DNA of 64,000 nucleotides, taken from Terriglobia bacterium. Lineage in GTDB: Bacteria; Acidobacteriota; UBA6911. Of this stretch, positions 11,575-18,119 are shown piece after piece. Location: NCBI GenBank assembly GCA_963824985.1, contig CAWGRQ010000030.1, positions 64,583-128,582 of the forward strand. Reading direction: 5' to 3'. Each line of letters starts with the position of its first letter. Position 1 is the stretch's first letter. The notes under the pieces are model-generated. The model was given only the letters and a program-made list of their open reading frames with translations. It did not search any database and was not told where the DNA came from. Made by a program: the position numbers and the translations under genes.

Positions 11575-13635
11575 GTGCCCGACCACAGGATTGACATTGC
11601 ACAACTCGCCATCAACACCATCCGCACGCTCTCCATGGACGCGGTCCAGGCGGCCAACTCCGGCCACCCCGGAGCGCCTATGGGAATGGCTCCGACCGCC
11701 TACTGCCTCTGGCAGAACTTTCTCCGTTACGATCCCGAAGATCCGCTGTGGCCCGATCGCGATCGGTTTGTTTTGTCGGCCGGGCACGCGTCGATGCTGC
11801 TCTATTCCATCCTGCACCTAACCGGTGTTAAAGCGATCAACCCGCAGAAAGAACCTTCAGCAGAGCCGGCGGTAAGCCTCGAAGACATCAAACAGTTCCG
11901 GCAGCTCGACAGCAGATGCCCGGGCCACCCGGAGTATCGATTGACGGCCGGGGTCGAGACCACCACGGGACCGCTTGGCCAGGGGGCGGCCGCGAGTGTC
12001 GGGATGGCGATCGCCGGACGCTGGCTGGCCTCCTACTTCAATCGCCCCGGGTTCGACCTGTTCGGCTACCGGGTGTATGCACTCGCCGGTGACGGATGCA
12101 TGATGGAAGGGGTGGCCTCGGAGGCGGCTTCCCTGGCCGCACATCTGCGTCTGGCGAACCTGTGCTGGATTTATGACAGCAACCGGATCACCATCGAAGG
12201 GCACACCGACCTTGCCTTTACAGAGGATGTCGGCACCCGTTTTGCCGCCTACGGATGGAATGTGACCCGGGTCGCCGACGGCAACGATCTCGTGGCGCTT
12301 GACGAGGCGTTCCGCAACCTGCAGCAGCCCCAGGACCGCCCGACACTGATCATTGTGAAGAGTCATATCGCCTATGGTGCACCCACCAGGCAGGACACAA
12401 GCGCCGCACACGGCGAACCGCTGGGCGAAGAGGAAATCCGGCTGACCAAGCGCGCCTATGGCTGGCCGGAAGACGCCAAATTCCTGGTGCCCGAGGAAGT
12501 GCCGGTTCATTTCCGGAATGGCATCGGCTTGCGCGGAAGGCAGTCACACGATGTCTGGAAACGGACTTTCGCGGCCTACGGGGAACGTCATCCGGAACTG
12601 GCAAATGATCTTCGCATGATGCAGGCGGGAGAATTGCCCGCAGGCTGGGACCTGGACGTCCCGGTGTTCGCCGCCGACGCCAAGGGCATGGCAAGCCGCG
12701 AGGCCTCGGGCAAGGTATTGAATGCCGTCGGCAGAAAAATCCCCTGGCTGATCGGCGGTTCGGCCGACCTGGCCCCCTCAACGAAAACCCGCCTGACGTT
12801 CGAGGGCGCCGTAGACTTCGCGGAGGGCTCACCCGGAGGCCGCAATTTCCACTTCGGGGTCCGGGAACACGCCATGGGTTCCATCATCAACGGGCTATCG
12901 CATTGTGGCTTCCGTCCCTATGGCGCCACCTTCCTCGTTTTCAGCGACTACATGCGCGGAGCCATACGTCTGAGCGCGCTGATGGAGGTCCCAGTTACGT
13001 ATGTATTCACCCACGATTCCATCGGTGTGGGCGAAGATGGGCCGACCCACCAACCAGTGGAGCAGATCCCTTCGTTGCGCGCCATACCCGGGCTGATCAC
13101 CATGCGTCCAGCGGACGCAAACGAGGTCGCGGAGGCATGGCGTCTGATCCTTCAGCTGCACCGCAGGCCCATGGCTCTCATTCTCAGCCGCCAGGCGCTC
13201 CCGACGTTGGATCGGACCAGGTATGCTTCAGCTGCGGGGCTGGCCCGCGGCGCCTATGTTCTCGCCGGTTCCGCCGATGAATCCCCCGAAATTCTGCTGA
13301 TGGCAACCGGGAGCGAGGTGGCCCTCTGTGTGCGGGCTTATGAGTCGCTTCAGGCCGAAGGCATCCGGGCCCGCCTGGTCAGCATGCCGTCATGGGAACT
13401 GTTCGAGCAGCAGGATCAGTCCTACCGCGACAGCGTGCTGCCTCCCGGGATCACGGCCCGCGTCGCCGTGGAAATGGCGTGCAGCCTGGGGTGGGAGCGC
13501 TACCTGGGACAGAGAGGCACAATGATCGCCATGCGTAGTTTCGGCGCCTCGGCCCCGATAAAGGACCTGCAACGCAGGTTCGGATTCACCCCCGAGCGGA
13601 TCGTCGCCGCAGCCAAAGAGCTGCTGCACGTCTGA
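11575..13635 (+). CDS. tkt: Transketolase
   Basis: 686 aa. Motifs: LAINTIRTLSMDAVQAANSGHPGAPMGMAP, GPLGQGAA, ALAGDGCMMEG, GEDGPTHQPVEQ. GTG start with AAGGGGGA upstream. Confidence 0.97.
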   Translation: MPDHRIDIAQLAINTIRTLSMDAVQAANSGHPGAPMGMAPTAYCLWQNFLRYDPEDPLWPDRDRFVLSAGHASMLLYSILHLTGVKAINPQKEPSAEPAVSLEDIKQFRQLDSRCPGHPEYRLTAGVETTTGPLGQGAAASVGMAIAGRWLASYFNRPGFDLFGYRVYALAGDGCMMEGVASEAASLAAHLRLANLCWIYDSNRITIEGHTDLAFTEDVGTRFAAYGWNVTRVADGNDLVALDEAFRNLQQPQDRPTLIIVKSHIAYGAPTRQDTSAAHGEPLGEEEIRLTKRAYGWPEDAKFLVPEEVPVHFRNGIGLRGRQSHDVWKRTFAAYGERHPELANDLRMMQAGELPAGWDLDVPVFAADAKGMASREASGKVLNAVGRKIPWLIGGSADLAPSTKTRLTFEGAVDFAEGSPGGRNFHFGVREHAMGSIINGLSHCGFRPYGATFLVFSDYMRGAIRLSALMEVPVTYVFTHDSIGVGEDGPTHQPVEQIPSLRAIPGLITMRPADANEVAEAWRLILQLHRRPMALILSRQALPTLDRTRYASAAGLARGAYVLAGSADESPEILLMATGSEVALCVRAYESLQAEGIRARLVSMPSWELFEQQDQSYRDSVLPPGITARVAVEMACSLGWERYLGQRGTMIAMRSFGASAPIKDLQRRFGFTPERIVAAAKELLHV

Positions 13636-13764
13636 TCTTCAGGATCGCTGCTCCTGGAAAGCGAATTGCTTTCTTTCTTACAGACATCGCCCGACGAGGC
13701 GACGCCTCATAAAATAGGACAGTGTCGCCGGCCATTGGCTTGTGTCAAAACGTCACCGGCAAGG

Positions 13765-14049
13765 GCATCTGTTTAGCCGATGCTGAACAGCAGAACGCAA
13801 AGACGCAAGGACGCAAAGAGATTCCTTTCGGTTCGCGGGCATGGGCGGCCTTCGGCCGCATCCTTGGGCGAGCCGCGGGAGAAAGCGCAATCCTCCTGAG
13901 TAGCCGCTGCCCGCGCTTTCTCCCGCGGCTCGCCCAAGGATGCGCCAGCGCGAAGCGCTGCGCCCACGCCCGTTGCTCAGTGTCGATCTTTGCGTCCTTG
14001 CGCCTTTGCGTTTTGCTTCATCATCCATTTGATTTGGCTAAACAATTAC
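13765..14049 (+). mobile_element. MITE copy 1 (full length, 285 bp) with 8-bp TSD CGGCAAGG
   Basis: The ends GCATCTGTTTAGCC ... GGCTAAACAATTAC are flanked by CGGCAAGG at 13757-13764 and 14050-14057. It has a nested palindromic interior. Five more copies are in the window. Confidence 0.85.
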
Positions 14050-14492
14050 CGGCAAGGACCCGGGCGTTTTTTATCTCTCCGACTTCGTTTTGGAAAGTGC
14101 TGTCGGACTCTTGCGGCAATCTGTCGATCGGTCATCTTGTCGACGGCTTCAATACCGATTATCCGTCCTCCAAGCGCCTCACTCTCAAGACGCTTTTCGA
14201 TTTCGACTTTTGCCTCGCCGGGGCCAAATATCAGTATGGACTCGGCATCGCGTATACACGATATTACTTGATCATAGTATTTATTGAGATGGCCGGCATA
14301 GCGCTGGTCTCGCTGATCCTCGGCCGAGTCTTCCTGCGCTGCACCAGAATACCGGACATGCTTCTCCATTTCCGATTCGATCAAGTTTGTCTCTTCACCG
14401 TTGTCAGTGACACTTACGATGACCGTCTTCCTGTGGTCAATCCAAATGCCCACCTCTTTTCTCATACGTACCTCCTCAGACATATCGTTCAC
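14046..14492 (-). CDS. Conserved hypothetical protein downstream of mgtA
   Basis: 148-aa ORF. VGIWIDHRKTVIVSV ... ILIFGPGEAKVEIEKRL looks like a real small globular protein, possibly an eRF1/host-attachment-like fold (weak memory-based guess). Its stop codon lies inside the MITE end. Confidence 0.6.
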   Translation of the reverse strand: MNDMSEEVRMRKEVGIWIDHRKTVIVSVTDNGEETNLIESEMEKHVRYSGAAQEDSAEDQRDQRYAGHLNKYYDQVISCIRDAESILIFGPGEAKVEIEKRLESEALGGRIIGIEAVDKMTDRQIAARVRQHFPKRSRRDKKRPGPCR

Positions 14493-14551
14493 CTATCGTC
14501 AGAATTCCAGTCCCAGGCACGGGAGTCTCCGGCACATGATGGTTCGGCAGC

Positions 14552-17095
14552 TCACAGAAGCGCATGTCTTCGATAGAACCAGGACTTAACGGCCTGCACA
14601 ACGAGAAGGTACGTCGCGGCCAATGCCGCAATCGCGCCCAACAGCGACAACGGCAGCGGGATAAATCCCAGCAAACTCCCAACCGGCGTGTACGGCAGCG
14701 CCACGGCGACAGCGACGATCGCCAGCACGCCGATCATTAGCGGGCGGCCGGGACGGCTTTTGAACGGATTCCCTGCCGTCCTGATTACAAACACCACGAG
14801 CGTCTGGGTCGCCAGAGATTCCACGAACCAGCCGGTATGAAACAGCGGCGCATTCGTGGAAGCGTTGAACACCCAGAGCAGCACTCCAAACGTGAGAAAA
14901 TCGTAGATAGAACTTATGGGACCGATGATCATCATGAACTGGCGAATGAATCCGATCTGCCAGCGCTTGGGCCGGTGCAGCAGGGCGGGATCGACATTGT
15001 CGCCGGGGATGCTGATCTGTGAAAAGTCGTACAGAAAGTTGTTCAGCAAGATCTGCGTCGGCAACATGGGCAGAAAGGGGAGGAAGAGCGAGGCCGCAGC
15101 CATGCTGAACATATTGCCGAAGTTCGAACTGGTGCCCATGATGATGTACTTCATGATGTTGGCGAAGCAGCGCCGACCTTCGATTACCCCGTCGTTCAAA
15201 ACCGCCAGATCCTTTTCCAGCAGGATGATCTTCGCGGCATCCTTAGCCACGTCGACACCGTTCATGACGGAAATGCCTACATCCGCGGTGTGCAGCGATG
15301 GTGCATCGTTGATGCCGTCACCCCCGTACGCGACGACGTGCCCGCGTGCCTTGAGAGCGACGATGACCCGGTTCTTCTGCTCCGGGGACACGCGGGCGAA
15401 GATGGCGCCGTTCTCGGCCTGGTAGGCCAGAGCGGCATTATCCATCGTATCGACCTGATTCCCGATAAGAATGCGGTCCGACGGCAGCCCGACGTCGTGG
15501 GCAATCTTCTGGGTCACGTACTGGTTGTCTCCGGTCATGATAACCACGGAGATGCCGTTCTGTTTCAGCGCCTCCAGAACGGCATGAACGCCTTCCTTGG
15601 GGGGGTCAAGGAATGCCGCGAACCCGGCCAGCATCATATCCCGCTCATCCGCCGGGGTGTAGACATCCCGCTTGTCCACTTTCAGCACGGCCACCCCAAG
15701 GGTCCGGTAACCGTCGGCGCTCAACTTTTTGAAGTTCTCCTCCGCCACGGCGCGCCGGCTTTCATCGAATGGCTGGGGTGACCCATCGATGCTCACGGTT
15801 TGGCAGATGCCAAAGATACCTTCTGCCTCACCCTTGGTAATGAGGAGGTGCTCGTCATCATGTCGCACCACTACCGACAGGCGCTTGCGGTTGAAGTCGA
15901 AGGGGATCTCGTCCACCTTGACATATTCCACAATTTTTGGATGCTCGTGTTTCAACACGGCATCGTCCAGAGGGCTCTTGATGCCCGCTTCAAAGTAGCT
16001 GTTCAGATAAATGAGCCGCAGAACGTTGTCATCCGCCTTCCCCAGCATATCCACGTGCCGATCAAGCACGATCTCCCCTTCGGTCAGCGTGCCCGTCTTA
16101 TCGCTGCAGAGGATCGTCACGCTGCCGAAATCCTCGATGGCCGCAAGTTGCTTGACCAGGACCTTTTTCCCGGTCATCCGCCTCGCCCCCTGGGCCAGGG
16201 TGACGGTGATGATCATGGGCATCATTTCAGGAGTCATCCCTACCGCCAGGGCGACTGCGAAGAGGAAGGACTCCACCAGCGGGCGGTGGAAATAGAGGTT
16301 TACCAGCAGAACGAAAAGCACGAGCAGCATGATCACCCGGGTAATCATCAGCCCGAAGTGGCGTATGCCGCGGCCGAATTCCGTCTCCGGCGGCCTACCT
16401 GCCAAACGCTGTGCGATCGCTCCCAGGGCAGTACTTGGGCCTGTGCGTACGATGACGGCGGTGCCAAGCCCTGTCTGAACCGCAGTGCCCAGGAACACAC
16501 TGTTGCTCGCGTCGGCAACACCGTGCTTCCCCCCCGGCAGATCGCGCGCGGACTTCTCGACGGGCAGCGACTCCCCGGTGAGCGCCGACTCGCGCACCTG
16601 CAGGTCTTTCACATCCAGCAGTCGTGCATCTGCCGGCACGAGGTCGCCCGCATTGAGCCTGACGACATCCCCTGGGACCAGCTCCGCAATCGGCAACTCC
16701 TGTTCCCGCCCATCGCGCATAACGGCAGCCGTCGTTGCTACCTGCTTCCGAATCTCTGCCACCGCATGTCGAGCCTGGAATTCCATGAAGAAGTTCAGCA
16801 GAACGCTGAGGAGGACTATGGCGATGATGATGAGTCCGCCAACCTGGTCCCCCAGTCCCAGGGATATGCCGCTGGCCACGAGCAGTATGACGACGAGAGG
16901 ATTGGCAAAGAGGCGAAGGAAGATGAGCAAGCCTGTGAAGCGCGACTCCTGGGCCATGCTGTTCGGGCCATACAGACGCAACCGCCGTTTCGCCTCGCCG
17001 GCGGTCAGCCCGGCCGGGGTCGCCCGCAGCAGTGGAAGAAGCTCCTGCAGCGGTTGGTCCCAGAAGCTATCGAGGTTCCTATCTCGCTTGTCCAT
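14552..17095 (-). CDS. mgtA: Magnesium-translocating P-type ATPase
   Basis: Motifs: CSDKTGTLTEGE phosphorylation site, MTGDN, GDGINDAPSLHTADVGISV, and the MgtA-typical NNFLYDFSQISIPGDNVD. I prefer the start at MDKRDRNLDSFW (ATG 17095-17093) over the ORF-track start at 17158. Confidence 0.92.
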   Translation of the reverse strand: MDKRDRNLDSFWDQPLQELLPLLRATPAGLTAGEAKRRLRLYGPNSMAQESRFTGLLIFLRLFANPLVVILLVASGISLGLGDQVGGLIIIAIVLLSVLLNFFMEFQARHAVAEIRKQVATTAAVMRDGREQELPIAELVPGDVVRLNAGDLVPADARLLDVKDLQVRESALTGESLPVEKSARDLPGGKHGVADASNSVFLGTAVQTGLGTAVIVRTGPSTALGAIAQRLAGRPPETEFGRGIRHFGLMITRVIMLLVLFVLLVNLYFHRPLVESFLFAVALAVGMTPEMMPMIITVTLAQGARRMTGKKVLVKQLAAIEDFGSVTILCSDKTGTLTEGEIVLDRHVDMLGKADDNVLRLIYLNSYFEAGIKSPLDDAVLKHEHPKIVEYVKVDEIPFDFNRKRLSVVVRHDDEHLLITKGEAEGIFGICQTVSIDGSPQPFDESRRAVAEENFKKLSADGYRTLGVAVLKVDKRDVYTPADERDMMLAGFAAFLDPPKEGVHAVLEALKQNGISVVIMTGDNQYVTQKIAHDVGLPSDRILIGNQVDTMDNAALAYQAENGAIFARVSPEQKNRVIVALKARGHVVAYGGDGINDAPSLHTADVGISVMNGVDVAKDAAKIILLEKDLAVLNDGVIEGRRCFANIMKYIIMGTSSNFGNMFSMAAASLFLPFLPMLPTQILLNNFLYDFSQISIPGDNVDPALLHRPKRWQIGFIRQFMMIIGPISSIYDFLTFGVLLWVFNASTNAPLFHTGWFVESLATQTLVVFVIRTAGNPFKSRPGRPLMIGVLAIVAVAVALPYTPVGSLLGFIPLPLSLLGAIAALAATYLLVVQAVKSWFYRRHALL

Positions 17096-17276
17096 GCAGG
17101 CTACTCCCGTCGCTGCCGGAATAAAGCATGCCCCTGATTTCACAGCCGCGGCGAGCAATAGTGAACAGCGTTGCGTTCAATTTTGAACAGTTTCTATTCT
17201 GGAAATCGACCAGGGCCATCAATCGGAGTCCATCGATTCCGGGCAGGATGCAATTGCGGCGGGGCGGGAGCAAGGG

Positions 17277-17465
17277 ATGGAATCGGCGCTCGAAGGCACC
17301 ATCCAGGAAGAGATCGAGCGCGTGAGAATCACCGCGCATCTGTTCCGGTTCGTATACGGCAAGCCGCTCTGGGCCTGCAAGTTTGACGAAAAAGCCACCG
17401 ACCTATTCGACTTCCAGAACTCGATCGCGGTCCGCCTGGGGGCCGCCTTCGCCCCACGGCTGCAC
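17277..17465 (+). pseudogene. Short remnant resembling the TolB-like periplasmic module of CadC/adenylate-cyclase-type regulators
   Basis: LEGTIQEEIERVRITAHLF..GKPLWACKFDEKATDLFDFQNSIAVRLGAAFAPRL follows the pattern G.V....RVRI.A.LID...G..LWAE.YD..L.DIFA.QD.I...I..AL from that module (memory-based). It has no N- or C-terminal context, and the rest of ORF 17277..17699 is antisense to the next gene. Confidence 0.3.
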
Positions 17466-17492
17466 GGGAAGCATCAAGCAAATCTTGCGGCG

Positions 17493-17684
17493 CTATCGCC
17501 CCACACGGAGACCCGAGATAGAGCTAAAAAGCCCAAAGACGTTCAGGAGCCACAGAACCACGGCGATAACCACTACCGCATTCAGGATCCCTTTGATGGA
17601 ACGCTGCATGGGTATGTAGTTGTTAACCAGCCAAAGAAGAACTCCAATCACGATCAGGATCACCACGAGTTGAATCAAGGGCAT
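17493..17684 (-). CDS. Small two-TM membrane protein (Thivi_2564-like family)
   Basis: The internal start MPLIQLVVILIVIGVLLWLVNNYIPMQRSIKGILNAVVVIAVVLWLLNVFGL (ATG 17684-17682) gives 63 aa. The sequence pattern is recognised from memory as a widespread small membrane protein family. Confidence 0.7.
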   Translation of the reverse strand: MPLIQLVVILIVIGVLLWLVNNYIPMQRSIKGILNAVVVIAVVLWLLNVFGLFSSISGLRVGR

Positions 17685-17864
17685 GACGCACCTCTCTGAA
17701 TACTGTGTTCTCGGAGCAGGCCTGGGTGGCCGCCCCTTCTGACATCCGCCTCTCACCAGGTTGCGATTGAGAACCAGCGGCACATTTCTTATACCTTGGA
17801 GGTGATGCGCGTGTCAGGTCAGTATGGCTCACACGTGTGATCAAAATTGCTCACCCCATGAATG

Positions 17865-18029
17865 GTAATTGTTTAGCCAAATCAAATGGATGAAGAAGCA
17901 AAACGCAAAGACGCAAAGGCGCAGGGGCGCAAAGATCGACACTGAGCAACAGGCGTGGGCGCAGCGCTTCGCGCTGGCGCATCCTTGCGTCTTTGCGTTC
18001 TGCTGTTCAGCATCGGCTAAACAGATGCC
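17865..18029 (-). mobile_element. MITE copy 2 (165-bp internal-deletion derivative, inverted) with 8-bp TSD CATGAATG
   Basis: GTAATTGTTTAGCC ... GGCTAAACAGATGC is flanked by CATGAATG at 17857-17864 and 18030-18037. It ends 90 bp upstream of the RT start codon. Confidence 0.85.
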
Positions 18030-18119
18030 ATGAATGAAGCAGGCTCGGCAATCTGCTATCGCCGGCGGTCCTTCTCGCGTTACAATGCGTAGATCTCCTC
18101 TTCCCCGACGGAGGCCGCC

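Noticed and set aside
13765-14049. Possible CRISPR array suggested by recurring GCAAAGACGCAAGG-type words
   Set aside because: The words are arms of inverted repeats within dispersed elements that have TSDs. There are no regularly spaced direct repeats with unique spacers and no cas genes in the window.
13722-14576. ORFs running through MITE copies (13722..14576, 17841..18344, 55090..55806, 55457..55819, 61885..62187) and the repeated MGAALRAGASL... peptides
   Set aside because: They are generated by the palindromic repeat in both orientations and change length with each deletion variant. They are not coding.
17096-17492. M-box (Mg2+) riboswitch upstream of mgtA
   Set aside because: I could not recognise M-box conserved segments by eye. 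The spacer instead carries a gene fragment on the other strand. This needs a covariance-model scan to exclude formally.
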